Shown piece by piece: positions 13,930 through 27,607 of a stretch of 64,000 nucleotides of DNA. This stretch comes from Felis catus (lineage: Eukaryota). The notes beneath the pieces are model-generated. The model was not told where the DNA came from, did no database searches, and saw only the letters and a program-made list of their open reading frames with translations. Made by a program: the position numbers and the translations under genes. The stretch lies in assembly GCF_018350175.1 (NCBI RefSeq), contig NC_058383.1:22446001-22510000 (forward strand), read 5' to 3'. The number at the start of each line of letters is the position of its first letter. Position 1 is the first letter of the stretch.

Positions 13930-15065
13930 ATATTTTAAATAGACAAATAAAGATGGCTGAGGACTCTAATAGATACTTCTCCAAAGATGATATACAAATG
14001 GCCAGTAAGCATATGAAAAGATGTTCAAATCACAAATCATCAGCCAAATGTAAATCAAAGGCATAGGGAAATATTGCTTTATACCCATTAGGATGGTTAC
14101 TGTTTAAAAAAAAAAACAGGAAATAACAAATATTGGTGAGGATGTGGAGAAATCAGAACCTTTGTCATTGCTGGTGGGAATGTAAAATGGTGCAGCTGCT
14201 ATGGAAAACAGCATGAAGCTTTCTTTAAAAATTAAAAAACAGAATTATCCTATGATCCGGATATCCCACTCCTAATTTTTTTTAACATTTATTTTATTTT
14301 GGAGAGACAGAGAGAGAGCATGAGCAGGGGAGGGGCAGAGAGAGAGGGAGACACAGAATCTGAAGCAGGCTCCAGGCTCTGAGCTGTCAGCACAGAGCCC
14401 GACGCAGGACTCGAACCCATGAACCGCAAGGTCATGACCTGAGCCAGAGTCAGACCCCCAACTGACTGAGCCACCCAGGCACCCCCAGAAATCCCACGTC
14501 GAAGTATGCATCCAAAAGAATTGAAAGCAAGGTGTCAAAGTGATATCTGGTACATCCACATTCACAGCAGCTGTCTTCACAACAGCTAAGAAGCAAAGGC
14601 AACCAACCCAGAGGTCCATCAATAGATCAATGGGCAAACAAAATGTGCTACATACACACAGTGGAATATTATCTAGCCTTAGAAAGAAGGAGGGGCACCT
14701 AGGTAGCTCATTCGGTTGAGCGTCTGACTTCGGCTCCGGTCATGATCTCTCGGTTCGTGGGTTTGAGGCCCGCGTCAGGCTCTGTGCTGACAGATGGGAG
14801 CCTGGAGCCTGCTTCGGATTCTGTGTCTCCCTCTCTCTCTCTCTGCCCCTCCCCCACTTGTGCTCTGTCTGTCTGTCTCTCTCTCAAAATAATAAGTAGA
14901 CATTAAAAAAATTTTTTTTAATTAAAAAAAAGATAGGAAGGAAATCCTATCACATGCTATGATATGGATGAACCTTAAGGACATGCTAAGTGAAATGAGC
15001 CAGCCACAAAATGACAACTACCTTATGATTCCACTTCCATGAGGTATCTAGAGTAATCAGATTCA
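13590..15065 (+). mobile_element. Old L1 (L1MB-like) 3' region with three SINE insertions
   Basis: Contains atatttgcaaatcatatatctgacaaggg...tccaaagatgatatacaaatggcc...tatgatcc...gtggaatattat...atgctaagtgaaat. Confidence 0.85.
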
Positions 15066-16137
15066 TTTCCTTCCTCCATCCATACAGCCCAGCTTCAGGC
15101 AGCCTCCCTCTCCCTCAGCATTAAGCTCTGACATAGCCCAGGGGTTCTCCTTGTGGCCTTTGCTGTTTGTATCTCCAGCTCTGAGACGGCTTTAGAATCC
15201 CTGGCACCCCTGCCAGCCATTCACTCACCGCCTCGTCTGTATCATTGGGCACTCGTCCTTCATCCCATCTTTCAGTCACGTCCTCTAAAATTTAGCCTCA
15301 CCGGGGGTGCCTGCCAGGCTCAGTTAGCAGAGCATGTGACTCTTGATCTCAGGGTCGTGAGTTTGAGCCCCACATTGGGTGCTGAGGTCACTAAACATAA
15401 AACAAATACGTTAAAATTTAGCCCCTTTTCGTAGTCCCCCTTTCTCTTTTTCAAATGTTTATTTATTTTGAGACAAAAAGTGCACACACACGCAGGGGAG
15501 GGACAAAGACAGAGGGAGAGAATATTCCTTTTTTTTTTTTTTTTTTTTTTTTTTGTCAAAGCAGAGCCTGCAACACGGGTCTCTGTCCCATGAACCTTGA
15601 GGTCACGACCTGAGCCAAAATCAAGAGTCTGAGTCTGACGGAGCCACTCAGGCGCCCCTCCCTCCCCCTCTTTATTCTTACCAGCCATTGTGAGCATTTC
15701 CCCACTCTCTTGAGCTAGCTTCCTTTCCAAGCCTTATTTCATGAACTCCTGGATAACTTCTTTTCTGAATTGTCTGAAATCTGAGCATTAGTTAGGACTC
15801 TTTCAGTTGCAAGTGACAAAAGCTGAATTTAAATGGAATCAAGGACTTGTTTTATTTTTTAGGATTTTTAGACTCACGTAACTCAAACCTGCAAGGATAG
15901 AATTGTCTTCAGGCACAGTTTGATCCAGGTTTTTCAACCATGTCCTTAGGAACTGCTCTCTTTTCTGCCTCTTGGCTGTACTTTCCTGGGTTGATTTCAT
16001 CTTCCGGCACAATCTGCCTATGTAGGGGCACTGGTAGCTCTGAGCATCGTTGTACTGATTTAGTAACCCCCCCAAAAAAGAGAGCTTTCCTTTCCCTGTA
16101 GTTTCAACCCATGTCCTGAGCAGCAATGGCTTCATAA

Positions 16138-16615
16138 GTATATTAGTTCCCTGTGGCTGCCCTAGCAAATTGCCACAATCTGGGTGGCCAAACTAGAAAT
16201 GTATTCTCTCACCGTCTTGGACAAAAGAAGGTGGAGATCAAGGCAGTGGCTGGACCACTCCCTTTGGAGACTGTAGACAAGATCCTTCATTGCCTCTTCC
16301 AGCTTCTGATGGCTGTCAATATTCCTTGGCTTCCTCAGTTTGTGACCACATCATTCCCATCTTTGCCTCAGTATTCACATTGCCTTCTCCTCTGTGTGTC
16401 TCTCCTGCTCCTCTCTATCTGTCTCATCCCCCTTGTATGTCTCTTATAAGGACACACATCGTTGGATTTTGGGTCTACCTGGATAATGAGGTGACCTTTT
16501 CATCTCAAGACCTTCAACTTAGCTACACTCACAAAGACCTTTTCTCCAAACAGAGTCACGATCACAGGGGCCATGTATTTGGACAGGAACACATTTTTTG
16601 AGGGCCAGAATTCAA
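16138..16615 (-). mobile_element. MLT1B/C-like solo LTR
   Basis: Contains tattagttccctgtggctgcc...gagatcaagg...tcttataaggacac...catctcaagacctt. Confidence 0.75.
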
Positions 16616-16624
16616 TGCCTTGCA

Positions 16625-16788
16625 ATGGGAATGCAATCCATGCAGTGTCAAAGGACTGTGCTCTCAGAAGGGTCCAGGACTTGGTTTAATGTTCTGTTGT
16701 CACCATCTCAAAGTTTGTAACTGTTTAAGGAGAGGCCTTGCAGTTTCATTCTGTACAAATCCCCACAAGTTATGTCGCTGGGCCCGCT
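16625..16788 (+). mobile_element. MER45A-like hAT MITE
   Basis: Contains ctcagaagggtcc...cttggtttaatgttctgttgtcaccatct...tttcattctgtac...cccacaagttatgt. Confidence 0.65.
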
Positions 16789-17454
16789 CCTGGGTAGACA
16801 GACTATGAGAAATCTTTACTGGGGATCTATCCCAGGCCACTTTCCAGGCTATCAGGCCCCTGGAATGCATGTGGCTTTCCCACCCCTACCCTACCCTATC
16901 AATCTTGGATAAAGACTAAGAATGGATAGAAAGTACTATGGAACATCTCTAACTTAGGATATCAGGGAAGACTTCACATTGGAGGCAACCTTTAAACTGA
17001 AACATGGAGGATAAAGAATTGGCTAGGCAAAGTGGGAGACAGTCTTGCAGGTGAAGGAGAGATCATATGCAAAGAAAAGAGGCAGGAAAGTTTGGGGAAC
17101 TTGCTCATCAGACTTCTTGTAGCTAGAGATAGAACCCAGCTGCCAGGGATGCTAACCACAAGGGATGTTCCCAACTGGGCTGGATGGAACTGGGGGGTTA
17201 ACCAAAGTGGTAGGAAGCAGACAGAGTATCTAGAATGGCAGAGTCACTTTCTACTAGGGTTCTTGTCACTTCCCCTCCCAGTTTGTTCCGCCTGGTTGGC
17301 CAGAATTTGGCCCAAGACAACGGTTCCTCTAGATACTTCCTCTACCTTCTTGAAAGACAACAACATCAGCAAGAAAAATGAAGAAACTGGCCAGCATCTC
17401 AGAGTCTAGTTGACCAAGACTTTCTGCTGGTATCCATATCATTGAGCCCCTATG

Positions 17455-20345
17455 TCGGATAAGAGAGGCATTTCAAATAATTGGCGGGAAAGATGGATTC
17501 ACCAGTAAATAGTTTCAGGAGATCTGGGTAGTCATCCAGATTAAAAATGCTGGAAGGTTGGCTGAGTTCCTACCTCACTCTTGTTACCAAATTATTCTGA
17601 GATAGAGCAAAAATGTTAAAACTTAAAAAAAAATTAAATAAAAAAGAAACTACTACAATACCAGAAAATGTGAACATTTTTTGTAATCTTAGAAGAAAGA
17701 AGGCCTTTTGGGGCACCTGAGTGGCTCAGTCGGTTGAGCGTCCGACTTCTGTTAAGGTCATGATCTCACAGTCCGTGAGTTTGAGCCCCGCGTCAGGCTC
17801 TGTGCTGACAGCTCGGAGCCTGGAGCCTGCTTTGGATTCTGTGTCTCCCTCTCTCTCTGCTCCTCCCCTGCTCACACTCTGTCTCTCTCAAAAATAAATA
17901 AAGATTTAAAAAAAAAATTTTTTAAGAAGAAAGAAGGCCTTTTTAAAAAATGTTTGTTTATTTATTTTGAGAGACAGAGAAAGAGAGAATGAGCAGGGGA
18001 GGCAGAGAGAGAGAGAGAGAGAGAATTCCAAGCAAACTCTGCACCATCAGCACAGAATCTGACTTGGAGCTTGAACTCATGAACTGAGGAAGATCAGGAA
18101 CTGAGCTGAAATCAAGAGCCATAGACACTTTATTTTTTTAATATTTTTTATGTTTTTAATTTATTTATTTTTAATATTTGTAATGTTCATCACTTATTTT
18201 TTTTTCGAGAGAGAGAGCACAAGTGGGAGAGGGGCAGAGAGAGGAGACACAGAATCCGAAGCAGACTCCAGGCTCTGAGCCATCAGCACAGAGCCCGACT
18301 TGGAGCTCAAACTCATGAACCTTGAGACCATGACCTGAGCCGAAGTAGGATGCTCAACTGACTTGAGCCACCCAGGCACCCCTTTTATTTTTTATTAATT
18401 AATTTTTTTATGTATCCATTCTGTGACTGACATTTAGATTGCTTTTTTTTTTCCAGCTTGTGTTTATTGTAAACATTCTTTTTTTTTTTTTTTTTAAGTT
18501 TATTTCTCTATCTTGGGAGGGGAGGTTCAGAGAAAGAGAGAGAACCCCAAGCAGGCTCTGCACTGTCAGTGCAGAGCCCGACTTGGGGCTCAAACACATG
18601 AACTGTGAGACCATGACCTGAGCTGAAGTCAAGAGTCAGACACTTAACTAACTGACTGAGCCACCCAGGTGCCCTGAAAGAAAGCCTTTCTAAGAAAGAC
18701 ACAAAATCTGAGAAGAGAAAAGATCGATAAATATCAATAAGTTAAAAAAAATGTAAATTTCCATAGAACAAAAAAAGAAAGATACCAATCAAAATCAAAA
18801 GGCGAAGTGCAGGGACGCCTGGATGGCCAAGTCAGTTGAGCCTCCAACTCTTAATTTAGGCTCGGGTCATGATCACACGGTCGTGGTTCTGAGCCCCAAG
18901 TTGGGCTCAGGGCTAATCGTGGAGCCTGCTTAGGAGTCTCTCTTTCTCCCTCTGCCCCCTCCCCTGCTCATGTGCTTGCTCTCTCTCTCTCTCTCTCTCT
19001 CTCCCTCTCTCTCAAAAATAAAAAGTAAATAAATAAAACAAATTCAAAAAAAAATTTAAAAGACAAACTGCAAATTGGATGAAATATTCACAACATGTGT
19101 AACAAAGCATGGGCTACTTTTCCTAATATAAAAAGACTTTTAAAAATCGATAAGACAGGGGCGCCTGGGTGGCGCAGTCGGTTAAGCGTCCGACTTCAGC
19201 CAGGTCACGATCTCGCGGTCCGTGTGTTCAAGCCCCGCATCAGGCTCTGGGCTGATGGCTCAGAGCCTGGAGCCTGTTTCCGATTCTGTGTCTCCCTCTC
19301 TCTCTGCCCCTCCCCCGTTCATGCTCTGTCTCTCTCGTCCCAAAAATAAATAAAAATGTTGAAAAAAAAAAAACCGATAAGACAGACAAAAGACCCAAGG
19401 GCAAAACAATGTTGACAAAGGCTAAGCATAGGAAGTTCCCAAGAAAAGAAGTCCATGTGGCTTATAAACATATAAAAGTGAGAGACCACTGTTCACCCAT
19501 TAGATGGACAAGATTAAAAGGTTGACAGTAGATTAGATTTAACAGGAAGTATAAACGCAGACACCTTCACACATTGCTCGTGAGCACATGTTGGTACAAC
19601 TTCTTTGGAAGGAAATTATAAGCGATTGAAAATTACAAGTGTCAAAAAACAAAACAAAACAAAAACACCTTTGACCTGGGAGCTCTAGTTTCAAAAGTTT
19701 ATCCTAGACATGCTCTCAAATCTGAGTAAAGATGTTTACTCAAGATAACTTTTTTGGTTATTGTTTGCAGTCGCAAAAAATGAAAATAGCCTTTCCCAGT
19801 CGATGGGAAGATAGTTCATTATGTTAGAGAGCTTCCATATACAAATATTACAAGGCCATTTTTTAAACTTATTTTTATTTATTATTTTTGAGAGAGAGAG
19901 AGAGCATGAGAAAGTAAGGGGCAGGGAGAGAGGGGGATAGAGGATCCAAAGCAGGCTCTGTGCTGACAGCAGGGAGCCTGATGCAGGGCTCAGACTCAAG
20001 GGCCATGATATCATGACCTGGGCCGAAGCAGACACTTGACCGACTGAGCCACCCAGGTGCCCCACAAAGCCATTTTTTAAAGTGAGGTGGATATTTATGG
20101 GCCCCGATGTTAAACAATTTCCAAGATACACTGTTGGGGGCATAAAAATCTGTATGTGATATACCCACTAGTGTAAAAAGAGTAAAGGATGAGAGACAGA
20201 CAGACAGAGATAGACACAAATACAGAGATGAGAAAGACAGGGAGAGAGATGATACACAGATCATGTCTGGAAATTTACATAAGAAAGTGATCATAGTAGT
20301 TGCCTCCAGGGATACAGCTAAAAGAGAAACTTCATTTTCATTATA
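17455..20345 (+). mobile_element. Ancient L1 (L1ME-like) 3' relic, heavily interrupted by SINEs
   Basis: Degenerate L1 ORF2-end motifs between the SINEs (cctacctcac, ggcttataaacatat, ggtacaacttctttgg, gtagttgcctc). Confidence 0.6.
19158..19372 (+). mobile_element. Young SINEC_Fc-type Can-SINE
   Basis: Same diagnostics as the 2138 copy; TSD cgataagaca on both sides. Confidence 0.95.
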
Positions 20346-22163
20346 CATATTTTGTTACTCTTTGAATTTCACCATATTATTACTTTCTCTGTAAAATATT
20401 TAAATGACAAATATTAAACGGATGGAGATGCCTGAGAGGAGGGAAGGAAAGTGAAGCTCCCCATAATCCTCATTTCAAAAACAGTGTTACAAAGAAACAA
20501 AATCCCCTTCCCTAAGTCAATCACTGACAAGTATTGGGTACAGTTTCTTCCAGAACCATTTCTGTGTTTATACAGATATGGTTGAATCTTATTTTGGCAT
20601 TTTTTTTCCAGGGGTGCGGGGAGGGGACTTTAACATAGGGACTTTTATACACTTTTCCTCTCCCCACTGTCTTTCTTCCACCCAAGCAGAGAGCCAGCTT
20701 TGAAAGTCTTGGCACAGAGGTTCGTGGCAGGTACACAAAGCAGGACACCTCCATCAAGACTTTCTTGGCTTTTCTCCAAACATCTAAGCACACAGGAGAA
20801 TATAGAGGGCTTGCAGGAGGTCTATAAGGGAGAAAAAAGTTTTCAGGAATAGGGGCGCCTGGGTGGCTCAGTCGGTTAAGCATCTTACTTCGGCTCAGGT
20901 CATGATCTCACAGGTTCGTGAGTATGAGCCCACATCAGGCTCTGCACTGACAGCTCAGAGCCTGGAGCTTGCTTCAGATTCTGTGTCTCCCTCTCTCTCT
21001 GCCCCTCCCCCTCCTTCTCTCTCTCTCTCTCAAAAATAAACATCAAAACTTTTTTTTTAATTTTTCAGAAATAAAAGGCACCGGAACAAGACAAAGATGG
21101 TTATTTCATATTTTACACTTACAGAAAGTGTATTACTACCATGGATATGTACCATTCACCTTACTGGGACAGAGAACAAAGCATGGGTATCCGGATTAAT
21201 AGCAGGCATTTACAAATTCAAATAGGTAGAGGAGGAAGAAGGGAGTAGAGAAGCATGAGGAAGGGGAAAGGAGAACTTAAAGCAGATTGAGGATGCCAAA
21301 AATAGACCAGAGGAGGGAGCTGAGTAATAATGTGATCAGATAAGAAAAAGAAAGTACTGAGCGGGAGGAGATAGAATTTCCATTAGCGTGAAGGACATAA
21401 AAAGGCAATTCACAGAAAAGGAAACACAAATGGCTTATAAACATAGGAGACAACGCACACCATTGAGGGAAAGCAAATTAAAACCAAGATGAGATGCCAT
21501 TTCCCCTTATCCCACTGGCAAGCACAAGGTGCCAGGAGCCAGAAAGCGCCTCGGTGCAAGTTAGAGAACGGCGCCCCCTTCTGAGCAGAGGCGCCGGTGA
21601 CCGTGGGGGGGGGGCGACCTGGAAGTCAGTCCTGCCTGCCCTCAGCCTGGACCTTTTGCAAACAGACACAGAGCAATACATACAACAAAACATATGAAAG
21701 GTTGAGAATACACAGTATGTAAAAAGAAGTACAAAAGCCCTCTCTCCCTCCTCAGATAACCTTTTCTTGTTTTACCTGTGGCATTAACGTTGTAATTCTA
21801 AATAATGTGATTATACCTCTGTCTTGAATTATCAGCCTGAAGCTGTTATTGTCTCCATTGTTATTAAAGTGAAGTTCAGCTCAGTGTCACTCTCCCTCTT
21901 TCCTGTTCCCCCGGTTTTGTGTGATATTATTTCTAGCTAATTCTTGCTGTTTGCCAAAGAATATTGATGAAGAACCCATACATAGTTGTCTCTTTTCTAC
22001 ATGTTGGTTCTTCTTAAGAATTTATTATTTGTGGGGCGCCTGGGTGGCTCAGTTGGTTAAGCGTCCAACTTCAGCTCAGGTCACGATCTCACAGTTCCTG
22101 AGTTCGAGCCTCGTGTCTGGCCCTGTGCTGACAGCTCAGAGCATGGAGCCTGCTTGGGATTCT

Positions 22164-22208
<45 letters not shown>

Positions 22209-22843
22209 CCTCCCCTACTTGTGCTCTGTCCCTCTCTCTCTCAAAAATAAATAAAAAATTTAAAAAGAATTTACTAATTGTATCTATTGCTTGCTTTCAT
22301 GATTAAAAAAAATTTTTTTTTACTTTATTTATTTATTTTGACAGAGAGAACAAGTAGGGTAGGGACAAAGAGCAGGGAGAGAATCCCAAGCAGGTTCCTC
22401 ACTGTTGGCACAGAGCCTGACACAGGGCTCAAACTCACCAAGCATGAGATCATGACCTGAGCCGAGATCAAGAGTTGGACACTTAACTGACTGAGCCACC
22501 CAGGCGCCCCGCTGACTTTGTGATTTTATTTATTTTTATTTATTATTATTTTTTATAGTTTACAAATTTGTTGGAATTTTTTTTTAATTTTTTTAAATTT
22601 GAATCCAAGTTAGTTAGCATATAGTGCAACAATGATTTCAGGAGTAGATTCCTTAATGCCCCTTACCCATTTAGCTCATCCCCCCTCCCAAAAACCCTCC
22701 AGTAACCCTCTGTTTGGTCTCTATGTTTAAGAGTCTCTTAAGTTTCATCCCCCTCTGTGTTTTATTATTATTTTTGCTTCCCTTCCTTTATGTTCATCTG
22801 TTCTGTGTGTTAAAATCCTCATATGATATTTGTCTTTCTCTGA

Positions 22844-25800
22844 CTAACTAATTTCACTTAGCATAATACCCTCTAGTTCCATCCACATAGTTGCAAATGG
22901 CAACATTTTGTTCTTTTTGATTCCCAAGTAATACTCCATTGTGTATATATACCACATCTTCCTTATCCATTCATTCATCAATGGACATTTGGGCTCTTTC
23001 CATACTTTGGCTATTGTCGGTAGTACTGCTATAAACATTGGGGTACATGTGCCCCTTTGAAACAGCATCCCTGTATCCCTTGGATAAATGCCTAGTAGTG
23101 CAGTTGTTGGGTCATAGGGTAGTCTATTTTTAGTTTTTTGAGGTCCCTCCATACTGTTTTCCAGAGTGGCTGCATCATTTGCATTCCCACCAGCAGTGCA
23201 AAAGAGATCCACTTTCTCTGCAACCTCGCCAACATCTGTTGTTGCCTGAGTTACCCAGGCAACATGTTAGCCATCCTGACAGGTGTGAAGGCGGTATCTC
23301 ATTGTGGTTTTGATTTGTATTTCCCTGAAGATGAGTGATGTCGAGCATTTTTTCATGCGTTGGTTGGCCACCTGGCTGTCTTCCTTGGAGAAGTGTCTAT
23401 TCATGTCTTTTGCCCATTTCTTCACTGTTTTTTTGGGTGTTGAGTTTGATAAGTTCTTTACAGATTTTGGATACTAACCCTTTATCTGATATGTCGTTTG
23501 CAAATATCTATTACCATTCTGTCCGTTGCCTTTTAGTTTTGCTGGTTGTTTCCTTCACTGTGCAGACGCTTTTTACCTTGATGAGGCCCAATAGTTCATT
23601 TTTGCTTTTGTTTCTCTTGCCTCCAGAGTAAGAAGCTGCTGCGGGCAAGATCAAAGAGGTTTTTGCCTGCTTTCTCCTCTAGGATTTTGATGGCTTCCTG
23701 TCTTACATTGAGATCTTTCACCCACTTTATTTTTGTGTATGGTGTAAGAAAGTGGTCCAGGTTCATTCTTCTGCATGTCGCTGTCCAGTTTTCCCAGCAC
23801 CACTTGCTGAAGAGACTGTTCTTTATTCCATTGGATATTCTTTCCTGCTTTGTCAAAGATTACTTGGCCATCTGTTTGTGGGTCCATTTCTGGGCTCTCT
23901 ATTCTGTTCCATTGATCTGAGCATCTGTTCTTGTGCCAGTACCATACTGTTTCGATGATTACAGCTTTGTAGTATAGCTTGAAGTCCGGGATTGCGATGC
24001 CTCCTGCTTTGGTTTTCTTTTTCAAGATCATTTTGGCTATTCAGAGTCTTTTCTGGTTCCATACAAATTTGAGGATTGTTTGTTCTAGCTCTGTGAAGAA
24101 TGCTGGTGTTATTTTGATAGGGATTGCACTGAATATATAGATTGCTTTGAGTAGTATTGACACTTTAACAATATTTGTTCTTCCTATCCAGGAGCATGGA
24201 ATCTTTTTCCATTTTTTTGTGTCTTCTTCAATTTCTTTCATAAGCTTTCTATAGTTTTCAGTGTATAGATTTTTCACCTCTTCGGTTAGATGTCTTCCTA
24301 GGTATTTTATGGTTTTTGGTGCAACTGTAAATGGGATCGATTCCTTGATTTCTTTCTGTTGCTTCATTGTTGGTGTATAGGAATGCAACTGATTTCTGTG
24401 CATTGACTTTATATCCTGCGACTTTGCTGAATTCATGGATCAGTTCTAGCAGTTTTTTGGTGGCATCTTTTGGGTTTTCCATATAGAGTATCACGTCATC
24501 TGCAAAGAGTGAAAGTCTGACCTCCTCCTAACTGATTTGGATGCCTTTTATTTCTTTGTGTTGTCTGATTGCTGAGGCTAAGACTTCCAATACTGTGTTG
24601 AATAACAGTGGCGAGAGTGGATATCCCTGTCTTGTTCCTGACCTTAGGGGGAAAGCTCTCAGTTTTTCCCCAATGAGGATGATATTAGTGTTGGGTCTTT
24701 CATACATGGCTTTTATGATCTCAAGGTATCATCCTTTTATCCATACTTTCTTGAGGGTTTTATCAAGAAAGGATGCTGTATTTTGTCAAATGCTTTCTCT
24801 GCATCTATTGAGAGGATCATATGGCTCTTGTCCTTTCTTTTATTGATGTGATGAATCACATTAATTGTTTTGCAGATATTGAATCAGCCCTGCATCCCAG
24901 GTATAAATCCCACTTGGTTGTAGTGAATTTTTTTTTAATGTATTGTTGGATCCAGTTGGCTAATATCTTATTGAGGACTTTTACATACATGTTCATCAGG
25001 GAAACTGGTCTATACTTCTCCTTTTTAGTGGGGTCAATGTCTGGCTTTGGAATCAAGGTAATGCTGGCTTCATAAAAAGAGTTTGGAAGTTTTCCTTCTA
25101 TTTCTATGTTTTGGAACAGCTTCAAGAGAATAGGTGTTAACTCTTCTTTAAATGTTTGGTAGAATTACCCTGGAAAGCCATCTGGCCCTGGACTCTTGTT
25201 TTTTGGGAGTTTTTTAGTTACTAATTTGATTTCTATACTGGTTATGGGTCTGTTCAAATTTTCTATTTCTTCCTGCTTCAGTTTTGGTAGTATATATGTT
25301 TCTAGGAATTTGTCCATTTTTTCCAGATTGCCCATTTTATTGACGTGTAATTGCTGATAATATTCTCTTATTATTGTTTTTGTTTCTAGTGTGTTGGTTG
25401 CGATCTCTCCTGTTTCATTCTTGATTTTATTTATTTGGGTCCTTTCCTTTTTCTTTTTGATCCAACTGGCTAGTGGCTTATCAATTTTGTTAATTCTTTC
25501 AAAGAACCAGCTTCTGGTTTCATTGATCTGTTCTATTGGTTTTTGTTGTTGTTGTTGTTATTGTTGTTGTTGTTTCAAGAGCATTAATTTCTGCTCTAAT
25601 CTTTATTATTTCCTGTCTTCTGCTGGTTTGGGGTTTTATTTACTGTTCTTTTTCCAGCTCTTTAAGGTGTAAGGTTACGTTGTGTATCTGAAATCTCTCT
25701 TCCTTCTTTATTTTTTTTTTCTCTTCCTTCTTTAGGAAGGCCTGGATTGCCATAAACTTTCCTCTTATGATCGCCTTTGCTGTGTCCCAAAGGTTTTGGG

Positions 25801-26638
25801 TTGTGGTGTTATCATTTTCATTGGTTTCCATGTACTTTTTAAATTCCTCCTTAACTGTTTGGTTAGCCCATTCATTCTTTAGTAGGATGTTCTTTAGTCT
25901 CCAAGTATTTGTTACCTTTCCAAATTTTTTCTTGTGGTTGATTTCGAGTTTCATAGCGTTGTGGCCTGAAAATATGCACGGTATGATCTCGATCTTTTTG
26001 TACTTGTTGAGGGGTGATTTGTGTCCCAGTATGTGGTCTATTCTGGAGAACATTCCATGTGCACTGGAGAAGAATGCATATTCCTCTGATTTTAGATGAA
26101 ATGTTCTGAGTATATCTGTTAAGTCCATCTGGTCCAGTGTGTCATTCAAAGCCATTGTTTTCTTGTTGATTTTCTGATTAGATGATCTGTCCATTGCTGT
26201 AAGTTGAAGTCCCCCACTATTCTGGTATTATTATCAGTGAGTTTCTTTATGTTGTGATTAATCAATTTATATATTTGGGTGCTCTCACATTTGGTGCATA
26301 AATGTTTATAGTTGTTAGGTCTTCTTGGTGGATACACCCCTTGATTATGATACAATGCCCTTCTGCATCTCTTGATACAGTCTTTATTTTAAAGTCTAGA
26401 TTGTCTGATATAATTATGGCTATACCAGCTTTCTTTTGTTGACCAGTAGCCCGATAGATGGTTCTCCATCCCCTTCCTTTCAAACTGAAGGTGTCTTTAG
26501 ATCTAAAGTGGGTCTCTTGTAAACAACACATAGATGGACCTTGTTTTCTTATCCATTCTGTTGCCCTATGTCTTTTGATTGGAGCACTGAGTCCATTGAA
26601 TTTCAAGGGAGTACTGAAAGATATGAATTTATTGCCAT
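22844..26638 (-). pseudogene. L1 ORF2p (endonuclease + reverse transcriptase), multiple frameshifts and stops
   Basis: Starts MAINSYLSVL at 26638. Endonuclease motifs CCLQETH, INIYAPN, IVGDFN, SRIDHILGH; RT region [35 protein letters not shown]-terminus CTPMFIA...MELEGIMLSEIS. Split over more than 10 short ORFs. Confidence 0.95.
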
Positions 26639-26699
26639 TATGTTGCTTGTAGACTTGTAGTTTCTGGTGCTGTTCTCTGGGCCTTTCTAGTCTTTGTTG

Positions 26700-27607
26700 C
26701 TTTAGGTCTTTGTTTGTTTTTTTCATCTTTTCTCCCCTCAGAGAGTCCCCCTTAAAATTTCTTGCAAGACTGGTTTAGTGGTCACAAACTCCTTTCATTT
26801 TTGTTTGTCTGGGAAACTTTTTATGTCTCCTTCTCTTTTGAGTGACAGCCTTGCTGGATAAAGAATTCTTGGCTGCATTCAGCACATTGAATATATCCTG
26901 CCACTCCTTTCTGGCCTGCCAAGTTTCTGTGAAGAGGTCTGCTGAAAACCTGATCTGTCTTCCCTTGTTGGTTAAGGACTTTTTTTCCCTCACTGCTTTC
27001 ATGATTCTTGCCTTGTCTGAGTATTTTGTGAATTTGACCATGATATGCCTTGTTGATGGTCGGCTTTTGCTGAATCTAATGGGGGTCCTCTGTGCTTCCT
27101 GGACTTTGATGTCTGTGTCTTTCCCCAGGTTAGGAAAGTTCTCTGCTATGATTTGCTCACATAGCCCTCTACCCCTTTTTCTCTCTCTTCATCTTCTGGG
27201 ACCCCTATGATTCTGATGCTGTTCCTTTTTAATGAGTCACTGATTTCTCTAATTCTTAAATTGTGCTCTTTTGCCTTAGTCTCCCTATTTTTTTCTGCTT
27301 CATTATTCTCTGTAAGTTTGTCCTCTGTATCACTGATTCTCTGCTCTGCCTCACCCATCCTAGCTGCCATGGCATCCATTCGAGATTGTAGCTCCGTTAT
27401 AACATTTTGTATTTCATCCTGACTAGCTTTTACTTTTCTTTTGTCTCTGCAGAAAGGGATTCTAATCTATTTTTGACTACAACTGTATTCTTATTATCGT
27501 GGTTCTAAATTCTGGTTTAGACATCTTGCTTGCATCTGTGTTGGTTAAGTCCCTGGCTGTCATTTCTTCCTGCTCTTTCTTTTGGGTGAATTCCTTAATT
27601 TCATCAT
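26700..27607 (-). pseudogene. L1 ORF1p (RNA-binding chaperone), frameshifted
   Basis: Starts ATGATGAAA..AATTCACCC at 27607. Fragments EAEQRISDTEDK...RIIGVPE (27146-27379) and KGRQIRFSADL..ETWQARKEWQDIF (26775-27041) are in different frames. Confidence 0.9.
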
